A stretch of DNA of 64,000 nucleotides, from positions 54,735 to 118,734 of the forward strand of contig CAYGKM010000005.1 of NCBI GenBank assembly GCA_964350695.1, read 5' to 3'. The notes under the pieces are model-generated. The model saw only the letters and a program-made list of their open reading frames with translations, was not told where the DNA came from and searched no databases. This document shows positions 45,561 through 56,106 of the stretch, piece after piece (position 1 is the first letter of the stretch; each line of letters begins with the position of its first letter). The stretch is from an uncultured Micavibrio sp. (GTDB lineage: Bacteria; Pseudomonadota; Alphaproteobacteria; Micavibrionales; Micavibrionaceae). A program made the translations under genes and the position numbers.

Positions 45561-46708
45561 ATACAATAGACGCCCTCAGTAATTCCTCTATCATTGTTAT
45601 AAAAATCGGCACTGCGCTTGTTGTGGATGCCGGCGGGACGGGTGTTCGTCAAGATTGGTTGGACGCGCTTGCGGCGGATGTTTTTGCACTGCGCAAGGCC
45701 GGCAAGCAGGTCATTATTGTGTCTTCCGGCGCGGTGGCGCTTGGGCGAAATACGCTTGGCATTCCTTTGAATATGCCCCCTGCCCTTATCCCCTTGGAAA
45801 AAAAGCAGGCCTCTTCTGCGATTGGGCAGTTTCATGTATTTAACGGGTTTTTCAAAGCTTTTAAGCCGCATAATATACCGCTAGCGCAGGTTTTGCTGAC
45901 GATGTCAGAGACGGAAAACCGCCGCAGTCATTTAAACGCAAGAGCAGCGATGGAAGAATTGGTAAGCGCGGGCGTTATCCCTGTGATCAACGAAAATGAT
46001 GTGGTTTCGACCGAAGAGATACGTTTTGGTGATAATGACCGCTTGGCGGCGCGCGTGGCGCAGATGATGAATGCGGCGGCTGTTATTTTGCTCTCTACGA
46101 CTGACGGGCTTTACACGGCAAATCCTGATACAGACAGCGCCGCCGAGCATATTGGTGTGATTGAAATTATTACGCAAGAGCATATGGATATGGCGGGTGA
46201 GGCCGTTCCGGGGATGAGCACGGGTGGAATGAAAAGCAAGCTGGAGGCGGCGAAGGTTGCTACGCTGTCAGGGATACACCTTATCATTGCCAATGGGCGC
46301 GAAAATGGCGCTTTGGGACGTGTTTTTGAGGATTCAAACACACTTACATCTCTCTTTTTAGGGCAAAAAACTCAGAATAACGCGAAAAAACGCTGGATTG
46401 GTGCGCATATGAAGCCTAAAGGCTCTGTTCTGATTGATGCAGGGGCTTTGAAGGCCTTAAGAAATGGAAAAAGCCTGCTTCCTGTCGGCGTTATGGCTGT
46501 GAAGGGCAATTTTGAGCGCGGAGATGTTATTCAAGTGCTTGATGATGCGGGTAAGATTATTGCGATTGGTTTAAGCGCGTATTCATCAGGTGATGCGTCC
46601 ATTATTAAAGGTAAAGACAGCGGTGACATTGAAAAAACGCTTGGGTTTTTAGGGCGCGCAGAGCTTATTCATCGTAATGATTTGGTTTTAATAGACGCTG
46701 CCGCCTAA
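45557..46708 (+). CDS. proB: Glutamate 5-kinase with a C-terminal PUA domain
   Basis: [18 protein letters not shown] and [21 protein letters not shown] motifs. PUA-like C-terminus ([18 protein letters not shown]). ATGA overlap with obg. Confidence 0.93.
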   Translation: MNTIDALSNSSIIVIKIGTALVVDAGGTGVRQDWLDALAADVFALRKAGKQVIIVSSGAVALGRNTLGIPLNMPPALIPLEKKQASSAIGQFHVFNGFFKAFKPHNIPLAQVLLTMSETENRRSHLNARAAMEELVSAGVIPVINENDVVSTEEIRFGDNDRLAARVAQMMNAAAVILLSTTDGLYTANPDTDSAAEHIGVIEIITQEHMDMAGEAVPGMSTGGMKSKLEAAKVATLSGIHLIIANGRENGALGRVFEDSNTLTSLFLGQKTQNNAKKRWIGAHMKPKGSVLIDAGALKALRNGKSLLPVGVMAVKGNFERGDVIQVLDDAGKIIAIGLSAYSSGDASIIKGKDSGDIEKTLGFLGRAELIHRNDLVLIDAAA

Positions 46709-47029
46709 AGGGACGTCTTCCAAAACCGACAAAGGGACAGCATCACCGTTTGCATCCGGCGCGGCTATGCAGAAAAATTCAGACTTCTCAGGCCCCATTT
46801 TAAGCGTACCCAAATTCATAACGCCAATAATAAGTTTGCCGATCAGCGCTTTTTTTTCATAGTGAGAATATGCACCCACGGTCACTTTCACGCCGATTTC
46901 ATCACCAAAATCAGCGGTGATCCTGTAGGTTGGTTTTGTTGCCTTTGAATCTTCAACCTTAATCACTTTGCCCACGCGCATATCGAGCGCGAGGAAGTTC
47001 GAAAAATCTGTTTGGTCTTTGATGGGCAT
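46688..47029 (-). CDS. tRNA-binding domain protein (CsaA/Trbp111-like)
   Basis: F..LDMRVGKVIKVED...KPTYRITADFG...GKLIIGVMNL matches the EMAP-II/CsaA OB-fold pattern. Its 3' end overlaps proB convergently by 21 nt. Confidence 0.75.
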   Translation of the reverse strand: MPIKDQTDFSNFLALDMRVGKVIKVEDSKATKPTYRITADFGDEIGVKVTVGAYSHYEKKALIGKLIIGVMNLGTLKMGPEKSEFFCIAAPDANGDAVPLSVLEDVPLGGSVY

Positions 47030-47067
47030 GCGCTATCCTTTTTTAAGATTTAGAAAAAGAAAATATC

Positions 47068-49638
47068 ATGAGAACAGACACGCCGAAAACTATTTATCTT
47101 AAAGATTATAAACCCTATCCGTTCAAAATTCATTCGATGAAGATGAATTTTGATATTTATGAAGGGCATACGATTGTGACGGCTACGGCGCGTTATGAGC
47201 GGCTTAATTCTGAGGCTAAGGATGTTTTTTTGAACGGGGAGGCGCTCGAGCTTCTTTCTGTCAAAGTCGATGGCAAGACGGTTTCAGAGTATAGCGCTGA
47301 TGATGTATCTTTGCGAATCCCGACGCCTTCAGATGCATTCGAGTTGGAAATTGTCACAAAGATTTTCCCCGAGGATAATACCCGCCTCGAGGGGCTTTAT
47401 AAATCCGGCGGAAATTATTGCACGCAATGTGAGGCCGAAGGGTTTCGACGGATTACATATTATCCTGATCGCCCCGATGTTTTATCCGTTTTTAGTGTAC
47501 GCGTGGAGGCGGATGAGAAATATCCTGTGTTGCTATCAAATGGTAATAGGGGTGAAAGCGGCAAAGTGCGCGGCGGACGACATTTTGTGGAATGGCACGA
47601 CCCCTTTCCCAAGCCTTGTTATCTTTTTGCGTTGGTTGCAGGAGCTTTGAGCCAAATTCACGATACATTCACCACTGCGTCTGGCCGCGAGGTGGAACTT
47701 TATATTTATGTGCGTCCCGGCGATGAAAGCCAGTGCGGGCATGCGATGGAGAGTTTGAAAAAATCGATGAAGTGGGACGAAGACACGTACGGCCTCGAAT
47801 ATGAGCTGGAGAGGTTTAACATTGTGGCTGTGAGCGATTTTAACATGGGGGCGATGGAAAACACGTCGCTTAATATTTTCAATACCGCGCTTGTGCTCGC
47901 GCAACAGGAGACAGCGACGGATCAGGATTTCATGCGCGTTGAAAGCGTTATTGCGCATGAGTATTTCCACAATTGGTCGGGCAACCGCGTGACATGCCGT
48001 GATTGGTTTCAGCTTTCGTTGAAAGAGGGCCTAACGGTGTTTCGGGATCAGGAGTTTTCTGCGGATTTGAACTCGCGAGACGTACAACGCATTGATGATG
48101 TCACGCATTTGCGCCGTTTGCAGTTTCCTGAGGATGCGGGGCCTTTGGCGCACCCTATACGCCCTGATAATTATATCGAGATCAACAATTTCTACACTAT
48201 GACAGTGTATGAGAAAGGCGCGGAAGTTATCCGCATGATGCGCACGATCTTGGGCGCGGAGAATTATCGTAAAGGGACGGATCTTTATTTCGCCCGCCAT
48301 GACGGGACGGCGGCGACGTGTGATGATTTTGTGGCGTGTATGCAGGAAGCGAGCGGCATTGATTTGTCGCAGTTCAAGCTGTGGTATTCAACGCTCGGCA
48401 CGCCGGAGGTTTCGTTTAAAGGGACGTATGACAAGGCGAAAAAGACGTACAGTATTGAGCTGGATCAAAGCTTTAAGAATCCTCTATATATACCTGTTTC
48501 TATTGGGTTATTAGGAAAGAGTGGCAGTGATTTAATCGACACGCAGATTTTGAACCTAACGGATGTTTCGCAGCGTTTCGAAATTGAAAATGTAAGCGAA
48601 GCCCCTATTCCGTCTGTTTTGCGTGGATTTAGCGCGCCCGTGATTTTGAAAACAAGCCTCAGCAATGGCGATCTTACCTTCCTAATGTTGAATGACAGCG
48701 ATGGTTTCAACAAATGGGAGGCCGCGCAGCAGCTTTACGTGCGCATGCTCAGCACTATGATTGAGGATGGCAGCAAGGATATATGTCCGCGCTTCATGGC
48801 GACGATTGGCGAAGTGATTGAGACAGGCTTTGATAAGGATTGCGACAGCGCTTTGCTTGCGCGAATTCTTACACTGCCGAGTATTGCGTTTATCGGGCAG
48901 CAGCGCGAAAGCGTTGATCCGAATGTGATTTACCAAGCGCGTCAGGTGTTTTTGGCTACGATTAAGCGTGAACATCGTAAGAGCCTTGATAAGCTTTATA
49001 AGGACAGCGAAAGTGGCGGCGTTTTCAGTATATCACCGGAAGCAATGGGGCAGCGCGCCTTACGTAATGTGCTATTGAGCATTTTATCCTCGACACATGG
49101 CACAGGCTGCGCGAAGCGTGCGGCGGAGCATTACATGAAAGCCGATAATATGACTGACCGTGTGGCGGCGTTATCCGTGATTGCGGATATTAATCAGCCG
49201 CAACGCGAAGAGGTTTTTGCGGATTTCTACGGACGGTTTAAGGATTATCCACTGGTTGTGGATAAGTTCTTTGCGCTGCAAGCGGCCGCGAACAGAAAAG
49301 ATATTATCCAAAATCTTAATAATTTAAAAGAACATACTGATTTTAATATTAAAAACCCGAATAGAGTTAGATCACTTTATTCTGCGTTTGCCATGAATAA
49401 CCCTGTCGGGTTTCATGCGGCGTATGGCTGTGGATATGATTTTTTAACCGATGGGATAATCGAGTTGAACGCGATTAATCCGCAAATTGCGGCGCGGCTT
49501 CTCTCACCGCTTCGGGAGTGGAGACGCTATACGCCTGATCGTCAGGAAAAAATGCAAGCCGCTTTAGAGCGCATTTTGGCACAAGACAATCTTTCGCCTG
49601 ATGTCTTCGAGATCGCCAGCAAATCGCTAAAAGGATAA
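47068..49638 (+). CDS. pepN: Aminopeptidase N (M1 family)
   Basis: GAMEN exopeptidase motif and the HEYFHNWSGNRVT...LKEG zincin motif (HExxH-18-E). The 856-aa length fits. Confidence 0.95.
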   Translation: MRTDTPKTIYLKDYKPYPFKIHSMKMNFDIYEGHTIVTATARYERLNSEAKDVFLNGEALELLSVKVDGKTVSEYSADDVSLRIPTPSDAFELEIVTKIFPEDNTRLEGLYKSGGNYCTQCEAEGFRRITYYPDRPDVLSVFSVRVEADEKYPVLLSNGNRGESGKVRGGRHFVEWHDPFPKPCYLFALVAGALSQIHDTFTTASGREVELYIYVRPGDESQCGHAMESLKKSMKWDEDTYGLEYELERFNIVAVSDFNMGAMENTSLNIFNTALVLAQQETATDQDFMRVESVIAHEYFHNWSGNRVTCRDWFQLSLKEGLTVFRDQEFSADLNSRDVQRIDDVTHLRRLQFPEDAGPLAHPIRPDNYIEINNFYTMTVYEKGAEVIRMMRTILGAENYRKGTDLYFARHDGTAATCDDFVACMQEASGIDLSQFKLWYSTLGTPEVSFKGTYDKAKKTYSIELDQSFKNPLYIPVSIGLLGKSGSDLIDTQILNLTDVSQRFEIENVSEAPIPSVLRGFSAPVILKTSLSNGDLTFLMLNDSDGFNKWEAAQQLYVRMLSTMIEDGSKDICPRFMATIGEVIETGFDKDCDSALLARILTLPSIAFIGQQRESVDPNVIYQARQVFLATIKREHRKSLDKLYKDSESGGVFSISPEAMGQRALRNVLLSILSSTHGTGCAKRAAEHYMKADNMTDRVAALSVIADINQPQREEVFADFYGRFKDYPLVVDKFFALQAAANRKDIIQNLNNLKEHTDFNIKNPNRVRSLYSAFAMNNPVGFHAAYGCGYDFLTDGIIELNAINPQIAARLLSPLREWRRYTPDRQEKMQAALERILAQDNLSPDVFEIASKSLKG

Positions 49639-49640
49639 AC

Positions 49641-50291
49641 ATGCCTGATTTTTCTTTGGAGCAGCAGCATGATGGTCCCGTTTTCGGGCTGGATGAGGTT
49701 GGGCGCGGGCCATTGGCAGGCCCCGTGACGGCGGCGTGCGTTTATATTCCGAAAGCCGCGCGGTCCCTGCCCTTTATTTCTGAAATCACGGATAGCAAGA
49801 AGCTATCTGAAACCAAACTTGAGCGACTTTACGGACTTATCACAACGCATTTTGAATGGCGGGTCGTTGATGTTTCTCCCGCGGAGATTGACGAGATTAA
49901 TATTCTTCAGGCTTCGCTTAAGGCGATGGGTCTCGCGCTTGAGGGAATGGAGACGTGGCCTGCTCATGCCCTTGTGGACGGCAATAAGCTGCCGCGGCTG
50001 CCCTGCTCCGCCACCGCGGTGGTGAAGGGGGATAATAAGTCTGTATCAATCGCGGCGGCTTCGATTGTCGCGAAGGTTACGCGGGATCGTTGGATGCGAG
50101 ACCTGCACGCCGCGTTTCCGCATTATGGATGGGATACGAATGTCGGATACCCTTCGGCGGCGCATCGCGCGGCAATAGATGAACATGGCATAACGGTGCA
50201 TCATCGCCAATCTTTTGCCCCTGTGCGAAATTTTTTAGAGTATGGATCGACCGTTGCCCTTGACTCGAATCCCTTAAAGGCCGCGGGTTAG
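49641..50291 (+). CDS. rnhB: Ribonuclease HII
   Basis: GLDEVGRGPLAGPV catalytic DE motif, DSKKLS and ASIVAK motifs. Confidence 0.93.
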   Translation: MPDFSLEQQHDGPVFGLDEVGRGPLAGPVTAACVYIPKAARSLPFISEITDSKKLSETKLERLYGLITTHFEWRVVDVSPAEIDEINILQASLKAMGLALEGMETWPAHALVDGNKLPRLPCSATAVVKGDNKSVSIAAASIVAKVTRDRWMRDLHAAFPHYGWDTNVGYPSAAHRAAIDEHGITVHHRQSFAPVRNFLEYGSTVALDSNPLKAAG

Positions 50292-50373
50292 AGTCATTTA
50301 AGACTCTTGCCTAGAGTCCTGATTCTATTGATTGAATCCACTTTTTTCCTTGACGGCGAATCGGTTTTGACTC
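50262..50373. promoter_or_regulatory. Cluster of nine GANTC (CcrM target) sites spanning the rnhB 3' end and the ccrM upstream region
   Basis: Sites read directly: GACTC 50262, GAATC 50267, GAGTC 50291, GACTC 50302, GAGTC 50314, GATTC 50321, GAATC 50334, GAATC 50358 and GACTC 50369. Two more lie just inside ccrM (50412, 50437). Confidence 0.7.
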
Positions 50374-50406
50374 AAGGTGCGCTTATGAACATAAGCGAGG
50401 ATTTAA

Positions 50407-51501
<1,095 letters not shown>

Positions 51502-51504
51502 GTA

Positions 51505-52452
51505 CTATCTGTATTCGGCGGCTTCTTTTTCTTTTTGAAGCTTTCGTTGTTCTTGCTCTTCCTTACGTTTTTTCAAGCGCTCCTGATAGCGTTCTTTAAG
51601 GGCAAGCTCTTCAGGCGAGCGTTCGCGTTTTTTGCGATAGCTTTCTTCATAAATCAGCTGCTTAAGATCTTCATCGGCGTAAATTTCAACACCTTCTAAG
51701 ACTCCCAGAATATTGGCGAGTTTATAGCCATCGCGTGTGCCTGTTTCACCTTGATAGGAGAAAGACTTAATTTTGAGAACAAGGAAGGCTTGGCGGTTAT
51801 CGTATAGGTTCTCACTTGTTTGCATTTGTTTTTTGTATTTTCTGAAATTGATCAGGCCTTGTTGAATGAAGTTTTCTGCCGCGTCAGGGGACATGGGCAC
51901 TGTTTCTAAATTAATGGGGCGACTGAGCTCTACAACCAGTCCTTTGGGATAATCAGGCACATGCTGATTATATCTGAGGTCACAAATTTCATCATAAAAA
52001 TTATTGGCAAGAACTTCGAGCCTGCGTATGCCATCCACTTTATATTCATCTACAATTTCAAATACTTTTTTATCAAAATTATACTCGCCAAGCCGCAAAG
52101 GCTGAACTGCTTGGAAGCGTAAAGCAAATGTTTTGGAGTTTGTTGTCAGATACTCTTTTGCGGAAGCTGCAATTTTTAGCCATTCAAATTCATTGTGAAT
52201 ATAGTCTTGGTATATGTCGCATTCGTTGATACGCAAAAAATCATTCACATGCGCGGGATTGTTGATATTCATTTTCCCCAAGCGCCAATAGAGTTTTGAC
52301 AGAGAAGAAACCGTAGGGCTTTCGTATATGTGATCTGCGGCTTCGGAAGGGACGACGATGTCTTCCACGGCTATTTTTGCGTCTTCAGCCACAGAAACTG
52401 CGGGTATGAGAAGAAGAGAAAATATGCATAAAAAGAATAGTCTAGCCGCCAT
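51505..52452 (-). CDS. Hypothetical secreted protein with a Lys/Glu-rich C-terminal tail
   Basis: Sec-type signal from the ATG at 52452 (MAARLFFLCIFSLLLIPAVSVA). No recognisable catalytic motif. Tail: KKRERSPEELALKERYQERLKKRKEEQEQRKLQKEKEAAEYR. The ORF could start at 52503. Confidence 0.5.
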   Translation of the reverse strand: MAARLFFLCIFSLLLIPAVSVAEDAKIAVEDIVVPSEAADHIYESPTVSSLSKLYWRLGKMNINNPAHVNDFLRINECDIYQDYIHNEFEWLKIAASAKEYLTTNSKTFALRFQAVQPLRLGEYNFDKKVFEIVDEYKVDGIRRLEVLANNFYDEICDLRYNQHVPDYPKGLVVELSRPINLETVPMSPDAAENFIQQGLINFRKYKKQMQTSENLYDNRQAFLVLKIKSFSYQGETGTRDGYKLANILGVLEGVEIYADEDLKQLIYEESYRKKRERSPEELALKERYQERLKKRKEEQEQRKLQKEKEAAEYR

Positions 52453-52508
52453 AAAAGAATATCTTTCTGAAATATAAGTCTTTTTTAGTATATCGCGATT
52501 CAAGGGGG

Positions 52509-53579
52509 TCAGGCAACTTTGATAAAAAGATTAAAGGCCTTTTTGAAAACACTGGGCAGTGCGGCGGATTGATTAGTAGGTGTATCCCAGAAATATTCAT
52601 CTGAGAGCGGGGCTTTTGTATATGCATGGTGTAGGGTTAGCTCTAAATCGAAATGAGTGAAAGTGTGGTGCACGCGCTCTTTCATCGATTTTTTTAATAT
52701 AAAAGCGGGATGGGTGTCGGTTTTTTCGATACCCCAATGATCGGTTGGCAGCGCGGCCATGCCGCCGAGCAAACCTTTATCGGGGCGTTTGTGGAAGAGG
52801 ACTTCACCGCGCGAATTTTCTATCCAGTAGATGTGGCCGTATTTTTGCGGGCGGTTTTTCTTTTTGATTTTACGGGGAAGCTCGGCGGCGATGTCTTTCT
52901 TTAAGGCGGCGCAGTTTTTGTTTAATGGGCAAAGAACGCAGCGCGGGGCTTTGGGGATGCATATCCCTGCCCCCAGATCCATGAAGCTTTGCGCGAGATC
53001 GCCGGGGCGGTCTGTGAAGCTATCGAAGAATAAATGCGCGATTTCTTTGAGCTGTTTCTTTGAATGCGGCAAAGGTTCTTCGATGGCGAAGAGGCGCGAG
53101 AGAACCCGCTCTACATTTCCGTCCATGACCGTTGCGGGTTTATTGAAGGCGATGGAGGTGATGGCGGCGGAGGTGTAATCCCCTATCCCCGGAAGCTCTT
53201 TGAGAGCGCTTTGGGTTTGCGGGAACTTTCCACCGAGCTCATTCGCCACCACTTTGGCGCATTTATGGAGGTTCCGCGCTCTGGCGTAATATCCTAATCC
53301 CGCCCACGCCGCCATGACATCTTCGTTTTCGGCGCGCGCTAAATCCTGCACGGTTGGCCAGAGGGCGAGGAATTTTGTATAGTAGGCTTTGACAGCCTGA
53401 ACGGTTGTTTGCTGGCACATGATTTCTGAAAGCCAGACTTTATAAGGATCGGCGGGTTCGCCAGATTTAACCCGCCACGGAATTTCGCGGGCATGCGCAT
53501 CATACCAGGATAGAAGTTGTCCCCGATATTCTTGTATCTGTTTGTCAGAAACCTTGTGATTATTATTCGTGGTTGTCAT
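52509..53579 (-). CDS. mutY: A/G-specific adenine DNA glycosylase
   Basis: HhH-GPD region (LPGIGDYTSAAI), 4Fe-4S cluster loop (C..PKAPRCVLCPLNKNC) and a NUDIX-like C-terminal domain. Confidence 0.93.
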   Translation of the reverse strand: MTTTNNNHKVSDKQIQEYRGQLLSWYDAHAREIPWRVKSGEPADPYKVWLSEIMCQQTTVQAVKAYYTKFLALWPTVQDLARAENEDVMAAWAGLGYYARARNLHKCAKVVANELGGKFPQTQSALKELPGIGDYTSAAITSIAFNKPATVMDGNVERVLSRLFAIEEPLPHSKKQLKEIAHLFFDSFTDRPGDLAQSFMDLGAGICIPKAPRCVLCPLNKNCAALKKDIAAELPRKIKKKNRPQKYGHIYWIENSRGEVLFHKRPDKGLLGGMAALPTDHWGIEKTDTHPAFILKKSMKERVHHTFTHFDLELTLHHAYTKAPLSDEYFWDTPTNQSAALPSVFKKAFNLFIKVA

Positions 53580-53609
53580 TCTCGTTTTTCACACATAACT
53601 AGGAGCCCT

Positions 53610-54080
53610 ATGAAGACCCTTTCCGAAGCTACCGCAAGAATTGCCGGACGAAGCTTTCAGCGTAAATATGTAGCGCTTGGGCGGATCGTTAGCAACTGGC
53701 GTGAGATTGCGGGGCCGAGTATTGCGGATAAGGCGCAGCCTGTGAAGCTGCATTACCGCAAAAGCAAGGACGGTGGAAAGCCGACGGCGACGCTCGAGAT
53801 TGCCGCGTCTTCTGCAGATTCCACCAAGATGCACTATCAAAAAGGATTGATGCTGGAGCGGATTAACCAGATTTTCGGGGAAGTATGGATTACCGATATT
53901 AAGTTTGTGGCGGTTGTGGCGAATAAGGTCGCCTTTAAAAAACCGAAAAAGCCGCCTACTCCCTTGACAGATGAAGAGAAAAAGACTTTATCGGGGATGG
54001 TTTTAGACATTGAAGATGACGGGATAAAAAATAGTCTGTTGTCGCTCGGTCAGGGAATTCTTGAAAAGGATAAATCATGA
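53610..54080 (+). CDS. DUF721-family protein (DciA-like)
   Basis: Start ATG at 53610, preceded by AGGAG (53601-53605). The sequence W..I.G...A....P..L......L.I......A..L......I..RIN pattern and its position divergent from mutY are typical of alphaproteobacterial DUF721 proteins. Confidence 0.6.
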   Translation: MKTLSEATARIAGRSFQRKYVALGRIVSNWREIAGPSIADKAQPVKLHYRKSKDGGKPTATLEIAASSADSTKMHYQKGLMLERINQIFGEVWITDIKFVAVVANKVAFKKPKKPPTPLTDEEKKTLSGMVLDIEDDGIKNSLLSLGQGILEKDKS

Positions 54081-54643
54081 AGGTTAATGCGATTACGCTG
54101 CGTTCCGGGAACGTGATTGAATATAACGGTAAACTTTGCGTTGTCGTGAAAAACGACATCATTCAGCCCGGTAAAGGTGCATCTGTTGCGCAGGTTGAAT
54201 TGCGCGATATCCGCACAGGAAACAAAGACAATGTCCGTTTCCGTACGCAAGAAACCGTTGAGAAGGTTCGCCTCGAACAAGATGAATATCAGTTCCTCTA
54301 TGGGGACGGCGAAGATTATACCTTTATGCATCAGGGCAATTTCGAGCAGGTTGTGATTAAGCAAGAAACAATCGGTGATGCCTATATCTTCCTGCAAGAG
54401 GGCATGGTTGTCGAGGTTGAAACTTTTGAAGGCGAGCCTTTGGGCGTGTTGCTTCCGAAGACTGTGACGCTTCTAATTGTCGAGGCCGAGCCTGTAGTTA
54501 AAGGGCAAACAGCCACAACATCCTATAAGCCTGCGATCTTAGAAAATGGCGCGAAGGTGATGGTGCCGCCGCATATTGATAGCGGCATTCGCATTGTTGT
54601 GAAAACCGAAGACGGCACGTATGTCGAGAGAGCAAAAGATTAA
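54077..54643 (+). CDS. efp: Elongation factor P
   Basis: 188 aa. ...PGKGASVAQVELRDIRTGNK... carries the KOW/OB domain pattern of EF-P. ATGA overlap with the upstream gene. Confidence 0.93.
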   Translation: MKVNAITLRSGNVIEYNGKLCVVVKNDIIQPGKGASVAQVELRDIRTGNKDNVRFRTQETVEKVRLEQDEYQFLYGDGEDYTFMHQGNFEQVVIKQETIGDAYIFLQEGMVVEVETFEGEPLGVLLPKTVTLLIVEAEPVVKGQTATTSYKPAILENGAKVMVPPHIDSGIRIVVKTEDGTYVERAKD

Positions 54644-55440
54644 TGGCCGCCGTACGTTCCCCGCATATGAATATCATGATCAAGGCGTCTGAAAAGGCGG
54701 CGCGCTCGCTTATTCGTGATTTTGGTGAAGTTGAGCAGCTTCAGATTTCGCAAAAAGGCCCCGGTGATTTTGTGAGCGCGGCAGATAAGCGCGCGGAAGA
54801 AATTATTCAAGAAGTGCTGAGCGAGGCGTATCCGAAATTCAGTTTATTGATGGAAGAGCGCGGCGCAGTCGAGGGGAAAGATTCCGAGTATAAGTGGATT
54901 GTTGATCCATTGGACGGCACGACGAACTTTCTTCACGGCATTCCGCATTGGTGCATTTCGATTGCTCTTGAGCATAAGGGCGAGATTGTTTGCGGGTTGA
55001 TCCATGATCCCATCAAAAACGAAATGTTTACGGCAGAAAAAAACATGGGTGCGTTCTTGCAGCGCAAGCGTTTGCGGGTTTCCGGTCGCCGTGATCCGCG
55101 ATTGTCATGCGTTTTGACGGGCGCGCCGCACCGGGCGAAAAACAATCAGGATCAATTCTTCCGTGAGCAAAAGGCGGTTTGGGATATGGGTGTTTCGCTT
55201 CGTCGTTATGGCGCAGCGGCGCTCGACATGGCGTATGTTGCGGCAGGCCGCGCAGATGCATTCTGGGAACGGGGCCTCAGCGCATGGGACGTTGCGGCAG
55301 GAATTTTGATTGTCAAAGAAGCCGGCGGGTTTGTCGGGGATTTGGCTGCGCCGCATAAATCACCATTATATACGGGCGACGTGATTGCCGCGAATGAAAG
55401 CCTGTTTAGGGATTTGCAGAAAGTTATAAAAGCTGCATAA
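54643..55440 (+). CDS. suhB: Inositol monophosphatase family protein
   Basis: WIVDPLDGTTNF and WDVAAG motifs of the IMPase/SuhB family. Confidence 0.9.
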   Translation: MAAVRSPHMNIMIKASEKAARSLIRDFGEVEQLQISQKGPGDFVSAADKRAEEIIQEVLSEAYPKFSLLMEERGAVEGKDSEYKWIVDPLDGTTNFLHGIPHWCISIALEHKGEIVCGLIHDPIKNEMFTAEKNMGAFLQRKRLRVSGRRDPRLSCVLTGAPHRAKNNQDQFFREQKAVWDMGVSLRRYGAAALDMAYVAAGRADAFWERGLSAWDVAAGILIVKEAGGFVGDLAAPHKSPLYTGDVIAANESLFRDLQKVIKAA

Positions 55441-55447
55441 TCTTTTC

Positions 55448-55993
55448 ATGCTTCGTTTTCTTATCATTTTTGGACTTCTGATCTCTCCCGCAATTGCGCA
55501 GGAGGAGCTCCAAGTTACAACCCCCACTGCGCAGGAAATTCTTAAACAGATTGACGGCGAGGTTGGCGAGGAACTCAGCAAGCGGATTGAAGCACTTAAA
55601 GAAGATGCGGCGAAAACGCCGCCTACTCCGTCATACCCCCTATCCAATGATTTAAAGCCGCAGAAAGTGATAACATCCGAGCTATCGGATTTTGCGTTGG
55701 TTTTAGATTTTGATGCCAATGAAACGACTTTAAGCAAGGCGCAAATTGCCAAAGTGGTTTCAGATATCCCGATTAAGTTTCAACGGACATCGAATGTGCG
55801 GGTACAAGTGACATCATTTAACAATACCGCCGGTATCAGCGAAAATGAAAATAGACGCATTTCATTGCTTCGCGCTTTAGAGGTTCGCAAAGCTTTGGAG
55901 GCGCATAATATCTCCTATCGGAATGTGGATTTGATGCCGATGGGGCGCAGCGTGGATAAAAACCAGATCGAGATTCGTTTCACACCGATTTGA
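55448..55993 (+). CDS. Secreted OmpA-like (C-terminal domain) protein
   Basis: Signal peptide (LIIFGLLISPAIAQ). The C-terminal region F..n...L.......V......V.V.........N..ISLLRALEVRKAL resembles the OmpA_C/MotB peptidoglycan-binding fold but is degenerate. Confidence 0.45.
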   Translation: MLRFLIIFGLLISPAIAQEELQVTTPTAQEILKQIDGEVGEELSKRIEALKEDAAKTPPTPSYPLSNDLKPQKVITSELSDFALVLDFDANETTLSKAQIAKVVSDIPIKFQRTSNVRVQVTSFNNTAGISENENRRISLLRALEVRKALEAHNISYRNVDLMPMGRSVDKNQIEIRFTPI

Positions 55994-56106
55994 GAGTGCG
56001 CCCCTAGCGTGTGGATAATCAGCGCTGTCTACCGCAAAAACGTTGACATATAAGGCTTCGGAGCTGCATAAAGAGGTATTCCAAACTCGAAATAGCAGGA
56101 GACCTT

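Noticed and set aside
50274-50302. A CtrA box (TTAA-N7-TTAAC) in the ccrM upstream region
   Set aside because: Only imperfect half-sites are present, for example TTAG-N7-TAAG at 50288-50302. That is not good enough to call without a position weight matrix scan.
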